Shown piece after piece: positions 46,565 to 55,048 of a stretch of DNA of 64,000 bases. Position 1 is the first letter of the stretch. Every line of letters begins with the position of its first letter. The translations under genes and the position numbers were made by a program. The notes under the pieces were generated by a model. The model did not search any database. It was not told the origin of the DNA and saw nothing but the letters and a program-made list of their open reading frames with translations. The stretch covers positions 936,391 to 1,000,390 of the forward strand of contig BQJR01000002.1 of NCBI GenBank assembly GCA_021604805.1, given 5' to 3'. The DNA is from Planctomycetota bacterium. GTDB taxonomy: Bacteria > Planctomycetota > B15-G4.

Positions 46565-48328
46565 TCAGAAACCGGGTTGGAACTGGAGCGCTTTGCTGAA
46601 GGCCACGCCGAGCGGCGCGCCGGGGTCGATCACGAGCCCTTGCAAGTAGAAGCTCACGCCGCAGAGCGAGAGATCGAGCGGCAGCGTCGGGTGGAGCACG
46701 AGTGCGCTGCTGTTCATGGGCGCCGAGATGATCTTGAACGGCGACACGAGCAGCGTGCCGCCCTTGATCGGGAGCGACGCGGGCGCCACGCCGAGGAACA
46801 ACCACGCCGTGGTTGGTGCGCCGCTGGTGTTCGAGAGCGCCACGCTGTTCTGCACGCCCATGCTCGGTGCGAAGGCGAAGCTGAGCAGCGGTGTGCCGAA
46901 GGTCCCGGCGAGCCCCGTGCCGTAGGTGCTGACGCCGGCCGCGCACTCGATCGCTGGGAACACGAGCGCGGCGCCGACGTCATTGGCGGCGGCGTCGAAG
47001 CCGGGCGCGCCCGCGATCACGCGGCCGAGCAAGCTGGGTCCCACGCGTGCGAGCGCGACGGAAGTGCCGAGTCGGTCGAACGGTGAGCCGCCGTTGAAGC
47101 CGTTGATGTACGCGCCTGTGGCGGCGGCGTGCACGCGCACGGCGCCCGCGCTGGGGATCCCGAAGGGGCTGGCGAGACTGGAATCCGGCGAGCCGAGCAC
47201 GAGGTCGTCGAGCCCGTCGATGTCGGCGTCGAGGCCGAGCGCGAGCACTTCGCCGAAGGGCACGTCGGCGGTTCCGTCGACCACGCTCACCGGGCTCCAC
47301 GCGAAGGGGAACTCGGTGGCCGGTTGCGCCACGACCACGCGTCCGCCCACGCCGGTGCCGGGTTCGCCGAAGGCCACCTCGGGGTCGCCGCCGGGCACGA
47401 CCCAGCCCATGTCCACGGCCGCACCTGCACGCGCGCCGGCGTTCATCGGTGCGTGACTCGCGGGCGCGCCGCCGCCGGGTTGCACGACGAGCACGTAGCC
47501 GGTGTCGAGCGTGGTGCTGGCGGTGTCGAGATCCGTGAGGTCGCTGCCGGGCGCGCCGATTGCCAGGTGCCCCAGGTGCTCGCCGAGCGACGTGCCGAGT
47601 TGGCGCACGTCGACCTCGAAGTTCTGGATGCCGGGCACGTTGGGCGGCAGCAGCGTCGGGCCGCCGTAGTGCTGCGTGATCGGGTCGCCGTCCTGGCCGC
47701 CGAAGGTGAACACGGCGCCCTCTTCGTTCGAGCCGCCGACGTTGTCGTCGACATCGAACCACGGAGCGCCGATGGCGTAGTCGTCGCGGAACTCCGCGTC
47801 GAAGTCGGCGTCGCCTACGATCGATGCGCCGAAGCGCGAGAAGCGTTGCGGTCCCCAGTGCGTGCGAATCAGTGCGCCGGTGGCACCGCTGTAGATGCGC
47901 ACGGAGCCTTCCTGTCCGAGCACGTTGCTCGCCTTGGGGATGCCGATCAGGATGTCGGGGACGTTGTCGTTGTCGATCCTGCCGGCGTCAGCGACCGCGG
48001 CACCGAAGAGCGCGCCGGCGTGGCTGCCGGACCAGCCGCGGATGTACTCTCCGGTGACGCCGGAGAACACCGACACGCGCCCGACGTCCGGGTTGAGCGT
48101 GCCGGGGAAGCCCACCACGGTGTCGGCGTGCGGCGAGCCGACAGCGATGTCGCGATAGCCGTCGCCATTCATGTCGCCGACCTCGGCCACGCACTCGCCG
48201 AAGCTGTCGCCGAAGAGTGAGCCGCTCAGGGTGAGCTCGGGGGCTTGCGTGCGGGCAGCGGTCGCGAGCAGCGTGAGCAGCGCGAAACCGCTGAGTGAGC
48301 GAACGAGGTGAAGGCGCGACGGGAACAT
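46565..48328 (-). CDS. secreted integrin-alpha-like FG-GAP repeat protein, tandem paralog of 44792..46555
   Basis: Same architecture, with shared segments such as IRTH.G.QRFSRFG and DYAIGAP..DV....G...EEG.V. Confidence 0.88.
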   Translation of the reverse strand: MFPSRLHLVRSLSGFALLTLLATAARTQAPELTLSGSLFGDSFGECVAEVGDMNGDGYRDIAVGSPHADTVVGFPGTLNPDVGRVSVFSGVTGEYIRGWSGSHAGALFGAAVADAGRIDNDNVPDILIGIPKASNVLGQEGSVRIYSGATGALIRTHWGPQRFSRFGASIVGDADFDAEFRDDYAIGAPWFDVDDNVGGSNEEGAVFTFGGQDGDPITQHYGGPTLLPPNVPGIQNFEVDVRQLGTSLGEHLGHLAIGAPGSDLTDLDTASTTLDTGYVLVVQPGGGAPASHAPMNAGARAGAAVDMGWVVPGGDPEVAFGEPGTGVGGRVVVAQPATEFPFAWSPVSVVDGTADVPFGEVLALGLDADIDGLDDLVLGSPDSSLASPFGIPSAGAVRVHAAATGAYINGFNGGSPFDRLGTSVALARVGPSLLGRVIAGAPGFDAAANDVGAALVFPAIECAAGVSTYGTGLAGTFGTPLLSFAFAPSMGVQNSVALSNTSGAPTTAWLFLGVAPASLPIKGGTLLVSPFKIISAPMNSSALVLHPTLPLDLSLCGVSFYLQGLVIDPGAPLGVAFSKALQFQPGF

Positions 48329-48495
48329 GGGAACTCCTCACGGGGGGCCGTGAAGAGTCATCCGGATCGCAGGCCTCGAGGTCTCAGCGCGGAACGGGAC
48401 GGGCTTCAGGCGCGCGCCCCGGCCGCGAAGCTGAGACCACTGGAGCGGCGATCCGGATTGAGGACGTGACCCTCATTCATCACAAGGACCTCGCC

Positions 48496-50136
48496 ATGTT
48501 CCGCTTCATGTTCCGCATCTCGCCGCTCGTCGCCGCGCTGCTGCTCGCCGCGGTCGCGACCCCACTCACCGCGCAAGCCCCGCTGCTCACGATGGACATC
48601 CCGAGTGTGCAGGCCTTCGGCTACTCGGTGGACGCCATGGGCGACATGAACGGTGACGGCGCGCCCGACTTCGTGGTCGGCACGGTGAACGACGACACCT
48701 TCGACACCGACGCCGGCAGCGTGCGCATCGTGTCCGGCGCCGACGGCAGCATCCTGCTCACGCGCCTCGGCACCGAGAAGTTCGAGAACCTCGGCGAGAC
48801 GGTGGTGTGTGTGGGCGACATCGACGGCGACGGCGTGACCGACTTCGCCGCCACCTCGAAGCGCTCCGACGCCCTCGGTCCCGACGTGGGCGCGGTGCTC
48901 GTGATGTCCGGCGCCACCGGCGCCGTGATCCACGCCCTCGGCGACGTGGCCTACAAACCCTTCGGCGCCAGCGTCGCCGCGCTCGGTGACCTCGATGGCG
49001 ACGGCATCACCGAGATCGTCGGCAGCGCGAGCTTCAACGGTCCGCCCGGCGATCGCGGCGCCGTGATCGTGTTCGACGGCGCCACCGGCGCGCAGCTGTG
49101 GTCGTTCCCGGGCGTGGCCGGCGTGAGCCAAGTGCTCGGTCGTCACCTCGCCCCGCTCGACGACGTGAACGGCGACGGCCACCCCGACCTGCTCACCAGC
49201 GACGCGAACGACATGCTCGCCGGCCAGTTCCGCGGTCGCGTCTGGGTGCTCTCCGGCATCGACGGCAGCGTGATCCACGAGTGGGCCGGCAGCGTGGACT
49301 ACGAACGCCTCGGCACGGCCGTCGCCGCCGCGGGCGACGTGGACGCCGACGGCACGCCCGACATGCTCGTCTCCTGCAACAAGAACGATCAGGGCCTGAG
49401 CGCGCTGATCAGCAGCGTGCATGTGTACTCGGGCGCCACCGGCTTACGCTTGCTCACCGTGCTCGACACCGAGTACGCGAACAACTTCGGCACCACGGTC
49501 GCCGGCCTCGGTGATCGCAACGGCGACGGCCACGCCGACTTCGGCGTGTCCACGCTGGCCGGAGGCGTCAGCAAACCCGGCGTGGTCGACATCTACTCCG
49601 GCGCCGACGGCGCCTGGGTCGCACGCATGAAAGGCTCTCTGCCCGGCGACCAGTTCGGCCGCACGATCGCCACGCTCGGCGACCTCGACGGCGATGGCAA
49701 CGACGACCTCGTGGTCGGCGCGCCGGGCAGCACGAATCACTTCGTGCGCGTGATGTCGCTCGCCGGCAGCTTCGCAGTCACGGGCGCGGGCCTCGCCGGC
49801 ACGGGCGGGCTGGTTCCGAAGCTCTCAGGCTTCGGCTTCCCCGAAGGCGGTGGCAGCGTGGAGATCCGCCTGGTCGACGGGCGCAGCGTGGCGAGCTCGT
49901 TCACCTTCGTGGGCTTCGCGCCGGCGGCGCTGCCCTTCAAGCAGGGCACGCTGTGGGTCGCGCCGCCGTGGACGATCGTGTCGCTCAACCTGTCGGGCGC
50001 GGGCGGCTTCGCGGCTCCGGTGGCGCTCGACCCGAGCTTCTCAGGGCTTGGCGTCCACTTGCAGACGGCCGTTCAGGATCCCGTGGCGCCGGCGGGCTGG
50101 GCGCTCTCCAACGGGCTGTTCATGGCGGTGAACTGA
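48496..50136 (+). CDS. secreted integrin-alpha-like FG-GAP repeat protein with C-terminal module
   Basis: ATG 48496 after AAGGA, a signal peptide and 7 GD.[DN]GDG..D repeats. Confidence 0.88.
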   Translation: MFRFMFRISPLVAALLLAAVATPLTAQAPLLTMDIPSVQAFGYSVDAMGDMNGDGAPDFVVGTVNDDTFDTDAGSVRIVSGADGSILLTRLGTEKFENLGETVVCVGDIDGDGVTDFAATSKRSDALGPDVGAVLVMSGATGAVIHALGDVAYKPFGASVAALGDLDGDGITEIVGSASFNGPPGDRGAVIVFDGATGAQLWSFPGVAGVSQVLGRHLAPLDDVNGDGHPDLLTSDANDMLAGQFRGRVWVLSGIDGSVIHEWAGSVDYERLGTAVAAAGDVDADGTPDMLVSCNKNDQGLSALISSVHVYSGATGLRLLTVLDTEYANNFGTTVAGLGDRNGDGHADFGVSTLAGGVSKPGVVDIYSGADGAWVARMKGSLPGDQFGRTIATLGDLDGDGNDDLVVGAPGSTNHFVRVMSLAGSFAVTGAGLAGTGGLVPKLSGFGFPEGGGSVEIRLVDGRSVASSFTFVGFAPAALPFKQGTLWVAPPWTIVSLNLSGAGGFAAPVALDPSFSGLGVHLQTAVQDPVAPAGWALSNGLFMAVN

Positions 50137-50150
50137 AAGAGCGCGCGGCC

Positions 50151-52697
50151 TCAGAAACGGTACTCGAAGCCATCGGAAACGAGCCGCGCGCCAGAGGACT
50201 GCGGGTTCGCCTGGCCAGTGGTCTCGATGCGGATCGTGTGCCAGTCGGTGGCGCCGAAGTTGTGTTCGAAGAGTTGAGTTTGCGGCGCGAGCTCGGCGGC
50301 GTAGGTGTCGAGCGTGGCGATCTCTTCGCCGTCCACGAGCACGCGCGCCAGGCCGCCCTCGGGCGACAGGTCGGCGAACCAGCGGATCTGGTTGCCGCGG
50401 AACTCGAGCTCGCAGGCCGTGACCTCGTCGAGCGACGTGCTGGAGCTGAAGCCGTGCGCGCCGGGCTGCAACCCGCGCAACCACTTGGTGTCGTAGAGCA
50501 CGCTGGGGTGGTTGTCGGCCACGCGGATGCGTCCGCTGAGACGGCTCCAGTGGTCGCCGCCGTCGGTGCTGGTCCAGATCCAGTCGTGCGTGCTGAGGAA
50601 GAGTGTCTGGTCTTCGGCGAAGCCCGAGGAGATCTCGAGGCCGCGGGGCATGTCGAGCGGCAGGCCGTCGTTCACCGGCTGCCACGTGCGCGCCGCGTCG
50701 ATCGACTTCCATAGGCCCGAGCGCTGCGTGCTCACGAAGAGCGTGTGGTCGACGGCGAACGCGGGCGAGACGGCGATGCCTTCCACGTCGATGCCGGCGA
50801 GGTCGGGGATGCCGTGGTTCACCGCTTCCCAGCTCGCGCCCGCGTCGACACTCATGAACAGGCCGCCGCCCACGCTGCCGACCCACAAGGTGTGATCGTT
50901 GACGAAGTCGGGCGAGAGTCGGATCACGCGCAGCTCGGGATGCGTGAGGCCGTTCGAGCGCGGCGACCAGCTCGCGCCGCCGTCTTCGGAGATCCACACG
51001 CCTTCGTTGCGCGCCGCCATGAACACGGTTTGGTCCACGCTCCAGCCGGGCGAGAACACGAACTCGCGCACTTGCGCCGTGATCGACAGGTTCGCGTTGG
51101 CGAGCTGCCAGCTCTGCCCGTGATCGACGGTCTTCCACACGCCTTTGTTCTGCGCGCCCTGGCCGAAGTCGGAGGTGCCGAAGAAGGCCACGCCGTCGTG
51201 CTGGAAGTCGGGCGACATGGTGATGCCGCGCACCACGGTGATCTCGGGCGCGAGCTCGGGTGCGAACCAGTTCCGTCCGCGATCCTCAGACACCCACAGC
51301 GCGCCGTGCCCGATCATCAGCGTGTTGTCGACGGCGAAGGTGGGCGAGATCGCGATGGGCCCCATCCAGAGGCTGAAGATGTCGGTGGCGTTGGTGCGCC
51401 AGTTGATCGCGCCGTTCGCGGGGGTCGTGGGCGCACTCAAGTGACCGCCCGGAGCGCCCTGTGTCGCTGACCTCGAGCCTGCGCCTGAGCCCACGGCAGC
51501 GCCGCCGCTGCCGAGCACGCCGCCCGAGCCCACGGCTTCCCAGTGCTTGCCGGCGCTCTCGCTGATCACCAAGCCGCCGCCGAAGTTGCCCAGTGCGAGC
51601 ACGCGATCCCGCGGGAAGTCGGGCGAGATCGTGATCGTGCGGTTCACGCGTTGCGAGTAGAGGTCGACTGAGTTCCAGCTCTGGCCGTCGTTGGTGCTGC
51701 GGAACAAGCCTTCGAAGCCCGAGAGCAGCAGCATCTCGCCGCCGTCGTCGGGGAGTTTGGCCGACTGCAGCTGCACGTAATGGATCGTCGTCTGGTCCGA
51801 CAGGCCGTCGAGGCCGGTCTTGGGCTGCGGCACCCATGTGGCGCCGAGCGAGTCGGCGCGCACCACCCCGTTGAAGAGCGAGGCGAACATCGAGCCGTCT
51901 TCGCGCATCAGCAGGTCGGTCACCGCGCTGCCTTGCAGGCTGGCTTGTTCGGGCGGGAAGCTCAGGCCGCCGTCCACGCTGAAGCGCAGGCCCAGGGCGC
52001 TGCGCAGCACCACGCCGATCACGGGCAGCACGGGGAAGTCAGGATGCAGACGCAGGTCAGTGGCCACGCCGCCGAAGTCAGCGAGAGGGGTCCATGTGGC
52101 GCCGAGCGTGTCGGAGCGATGCAGCTTCGTGGAGCCGGCGTAGAACACGGGGCGTCCGTTCGTGCCGCGATGCACGGCCAGCGTGCCGAGCGAGAGTTCC
52201 GTGAGGCCGGTGTTCTTCTGCGTCCAGCTGAGGCCGTGGTCGGTGCTGCGGTAGAAGCCGAGGTCGCTGCTGAGGCCCACGATGCCGGAGCTGCTGTAGT
52301 CGGGGTCGAAGCGCACCGTGTTCACGACCAACGCGTCGAGGCCGTCGAGCACGCGCTGCCAGGTCGTGCCGTAGTCGCTGCTGCGCCAGAGGCCCGCGCC
52401 TTCGGTGCCGAGGAAGGCCGTGCCGTCGTTCACGAAGTCGGGCGACATCCGGATCTCGAGCACCTTCGACTGCACCATCTCGTGGCCGAAGGTCTGCCAG
52501 CTGCGACCTGCGTCGGTGGAGCGCGCGAACACGCGGTGCTCCGACATGTTCATCTGCGCGAAGATCGTGCTGTCCTGCGCGAAGGTCGGGGAAACGGCGA
52601 CCACGTGCACGTCGTCATGCGGGCTGTGGGCGGCTACGGGGCCAGCGCCGAGCAGGCTGGCGACGGCGAGGGCGAAGAGCGTCAAGGTGCGTGGCAT
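50151..52697 (-). CDS. secreted BNR/Asp-box (VPS10/Ycf48-like) beta-propeller protein with C-terminal beta-sandwich
   Basis: Signal peptide MPRTLTLFALAVASLLGAGPVAA, many S-x-D-x-G-x-[ST]-W Asp-boxes and SPxFxxD motifs. C-terminal FRGNQIRW...V.VDG...DTY...H.IRI domain. Confidence 0.85.
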   Translation of the reverse strand: MPRTLTLFALAVASLLGAGPVAAHSPHDDVHVVAVSPTFAQDSTIFAQMNMSEHRVFARSTDAGRSWQTFGHEMVQSKVLEIRMSPDFVNDGTAFLGTEGAGLWRSSDYGTTWQRVLDGLDALVVNTVRFDPDYSSSGIVGLSSDLGFYRSTDHGLSWTQKNTGLTELSLGTLAVHRGTNGRPVFYAGSTKLHRSDTLGATWTPLADFGGVATDLRLHPDFPVLPVIGVVLRSALGLRFSVDGGLSFPPEQASLQGSAVTDLLMREDGSMFASLFNGVVRADSLGATWVPQPKTGLDGLSDQTTIHYVQLQSAKLPDDGGEMLLLSGFEGLFRSTNDGQSWNSVDLYSQRVNRTITISPDFPRDRVLALGNFGGGLVISESAGKHWEAVGSGGVLGSGGAAVGSGAGSRSATQGAPGGHLSAPTTPANGAINWRTNATDIFSLWMGPIAISPTFAVDNTLMIGHGALWVSEDRGRNWFAPELAPEITVVRGITMSPDFQHDGVAFFGTSDFGQGAQNKGVWKTVDHGQSWQLANANLSITAQVREFVFSPGWSVDQTVFMAARNEGVWISEDGGASWSPRSNGLTHPELRVIRLSPDFVNDHTLWVGSVGGGLFMSVDAGASWEAVNHGIPDLAGIDVEGIAVSPAFAVDHTLFVSTQRSGLWKSIDAARTWQPVNDGLPLDMPRGLEISSGFAEDQTLFLSTHDWIWTSTDGGDHWSRLSGRIRVADNHPSVLYDTKWLRGLQPGAHGFSSSTSLDEVTACELEFRGNQIRWFADLSPEGGLARVLVDGEEIATLDTYAAELAPQTQLFEHNFGATDWHTIRIETTGQANPQSSGARLVSDGFEYRF

Positions 52698-52963
52698 CGG
52701 GTCTCTCGTTGCGATGGTCTTCCCCCAGCCGCGGCACGGGCTCGGCTGCAGCACGAGCTCGGTGACGGCACAGGTCCCCGTCCGACACCGATCCCGGTGC
52801 GGTGCGATCCGTTCGGCACCGAAGGTCCCGTGCTGGCGAATCGGGGGCTCCTCAGACTACAGCAGGTGCAGCGGCTTGGGGGGAGCGCCGGGCCTTCGAG
52901 GCGTCGCGGGCTTGTGGCTCGGGCTGCTAGAATCCCGCGGCCCACGTCCCCTCCCTGTGTTTC

Positions 52964-54379
52964 ATGCCTTCAGCAGTCATTCAAAGCGCGCGTCCGGTCT
53001 GCCTCGTGAGTCTCGGGTGCAGCAAGAACTTGGTCGACAGCGAGGTCATGCTCGGGCATTTGGAGCGGGCCGGTATGACGTTGGTTTCCGACCCTGCCGA
53101 CGCGCGCGTGGTGATCGTGAACACCTGCGGGTTCATCGGCGAGGCGCGCGAAGAGAGCGTCGACACGATCCTCGAGTACGTGGAGCACAAGCGCGCCGGC
53201 ACGATCGAAGGCTTGGTCGTCACCGGTTGCCTCGTGCAGCTCCACGAGCAGGAGCTCGCCAAGGAGATCCCCGAGGTCGACGCCTTCTTGGGTCTGTCCG
53301 ATTACTCCGGCGTGCCGTCGATCGTGAATCAGGTGCTCGGGCTCGAGGCGGGCGCGGCTTGCCAGGGCGGCACGGGCGAGGCCACCGCGCGCAATCACGG
53401 GCTCAGCGGCGGTGGCTCCAAAGGTGGCGACGCCGACCTCGGCCGCGCGCTGCTCACCCCGCGTCACACCGCCTACTTGCGGCTCGGCGAAGGCTGCAAT
53501 CACGTGTGCGCCTTCTGCGCGATCCCGAAGATCCGCGGCAAGCTGCAGAGCAAGCCGATGGAAGTGCTGGTCGAGGAGGCTGCCGCGCTGGCGCAGCTCG
53601 GCACGCGCGAGATCAGCCTCGTGGCCGAAGACTCCACCGATTACGGCAAAGACCTCGCGCGCGGCTACGGCCTGCCCGAACTGCTGCGCGAACTCGGCGC
53701 CATCGAGGGTCTCGACTGGATCCGCGTGCTCTACGCGCACCCCGCCACGATGGACGCCAAGCTCGCCACCGCCATGGCCGAGACCAAGAGCGTGCTGCCC
53801 TACCTCGACATGCCCGTGCAGCACGGCGATGCCGACGTGTTGCGCCGCATGCGCCGCGGCACCTCGCCCGAGCGCATCCGCGAGGTCGTGGGCTGGCTCC
53901 GCGACGCGATCCCCGACCTCACGCTGCGCACCACGATCCTCGTGGGCTTCCCCGGCGAAACCGACCAAGCCTTCCAGAACCTGATGCAGCTGCTCGAAGA
54001 CTGCGACTTCGACCGCGTGGGCTGCTTCGCCTTCTCGCCCGAAGAGGGCACCGAAGGCGGCACGCTCTCCGATCGTGTCGACGAAGCCCTCGCCGAAGAG
54101 CGCCGCCACATCGTGATGCGCTGGGCTCGCGAGCGCCTGCAGGCCGCCAACCAGGCGCGCATCGGTGGCGTGGAGCGCGTGCTCGTGGACAGCGTGGAGC
54201 CGCTCGCCGGCATCGGCGGCCTGCTCGCCGTGGCCCGCAGCCGCCGCGACGCCCCCGAGATCGACGGCCAAGTGCTGGTGCATGCCAGCGCCGAGTCCGC
54301 GATGGAAGCCGGACAGTTCGCCGATGTGAAGATCACAGGCGTAAAGGGGTACGACGTCACTGCGAAGGAGGTGGTTTGA
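52964..54379 (+). CDS. rimO: ribosomal protein S12 methylthiotransferase
   Basis: SLGCSKNLVDSE, VNTCGFI..A.EES, radical SAM CNHVCAFC, YLDMPVQH and DAPEIDG (TRAM domain). Confidence 0.95.
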   Translation: MPSAVIQSARPVCLVSLGCSKNLVDSEVMLGHLERAGMTLVSDPADARVVIVNTCGFIGEAREESVDTILEYVEHKRAGTIEGLVVTGCLVQLHEQELAKEIPEVDAFLGLSDYSGVPSIVNQVLGLEAGAACQGGTGEATARNHGLSGGGSKGGDADLGRALLTPRHTAYLRLGEGCNHVCAFCAIPKIRGKLQSKPMEVLVEEAAALAQLGTREISLVAEDSTDYGKDLARGYGLPELLRELGAIEGLDWIRVLYAHPATMDAKLATAMAETKSVLPYLDMPVQHGDADVLRRMRRGTSPERIREVVGWLRDAIPDLTLRTTILVGFPGETDQAFQNLMQLLEDCDFDRVGCFAFSPEEGTEGGTLSDRVDEALAEERRHIVMRWARERLQAANQARIGGVERVLVDSVEPLAGIGGLLAVARSRRDAPEIDGQVLVHASAESAMEAGQFADVKITGVKGYDVTAKEVV

Positions 54380-54996
54380 GCCTCCCGAACCAGCTCACTG
54401 TCCTGCGCTTCGTGCTGGCCTTCGTGCTCTTCGGTCTGCTCATGGGCACCGACGTTGCCGCCGGACCCGAGTGGTGGCCCGCCGTGGCCTCGGCGGGCCT
54501 GTTCATGTTTGCCGTCTTCACGGACTTTCTTGACGGTTATCTTGCCCGTAAATGGGAGCAAGTGTCGGTGTTCGGTCGGATCGCCGACCCCGTGGCCGAC
54601 AAGGTGATCGTGAGTGGGTCGCTTATTTTCCTCGTATCTTCCTCCTGGGCTACGCACTACTTGCCGGTTTGGGTCGTGGTGGTGATTCTGGCGCGCGAGT
54701 ACCTCGTCACAGGGCTGCGCGGGTTCATCGAGTCGCGGGGCGTGGCTTTCGGGGCCAGCTGGGACGGCAAGCTCAAGATGATCAGCCAGTGCTGCCTCGT
54801 GCCGGCGCTGTTCCTCACCCGCGGTGTCGACCTGGCGTGGGGCGGCGAGCCGGCCTGGTTGCAGGGCACGCTCACCGTGCTCGCGCACCTCTTCGTGTGG
54901 CTCACGCTGGCGCTCTCGGTGCTGTCGGCCGTGCGCTACGTGCAAGCCGCCACGCGCTTGCTGCGTCCTGCGCCGGGCGACTCGCCCACGGCCTGA
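54376..54996 (+). CDS. pgsA: CDP-diacylglycerol--glycerol-3-phosphate 3-phosphatidyltransferase (CDP-alcohol phosphotransferase)
   Basis: TTG start overlaps the rimO stop. LPNQLTVLR, TDFLDGYLARKW.QVS.FG...DPVADK, ILARE..VTGLR and GKLKM. Confidence 0.9.
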   Translation: MSLPNQLTVLRFVLAFVLFGLLMGTDVAAGPEWWPAVASAGLFMFAVFTDFLDGYLARKWEQVSVFGRIADPVADKVIVSGSLIFLVSSSWATHYLPVWVVVVILAREYLVTGLRGFIESRGVAFGASWDGKLKMISQCCLVPALFLTRGVDLAWGGEPAWLQGTLTVLAHLFVWLTLALSVLSAVRYVQAATRLLRPAPGDSPTA

Positions 54997-55048
54997 GCGC
55001 GCTGGTAGAGTGCGCGCGAAACAGTCGCCGCACGCCTCGAGGACGCGC

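Noticed and set aside
52405-54375. Apparent 863-aa fusion ending in PgsA
   Set aside because: The upstream part is an alternative frame over rimO. The real pgsA starts at TTG 54376.
54500-54690. Locally lower GC stretch in pgsA (also 5030-5360 near the LysM gene start)
   Set aside because: Short, and coincides with hydrophobic TM coding or a promoter region. No mobility genes or flanking repeats suggest horizontal transfer.
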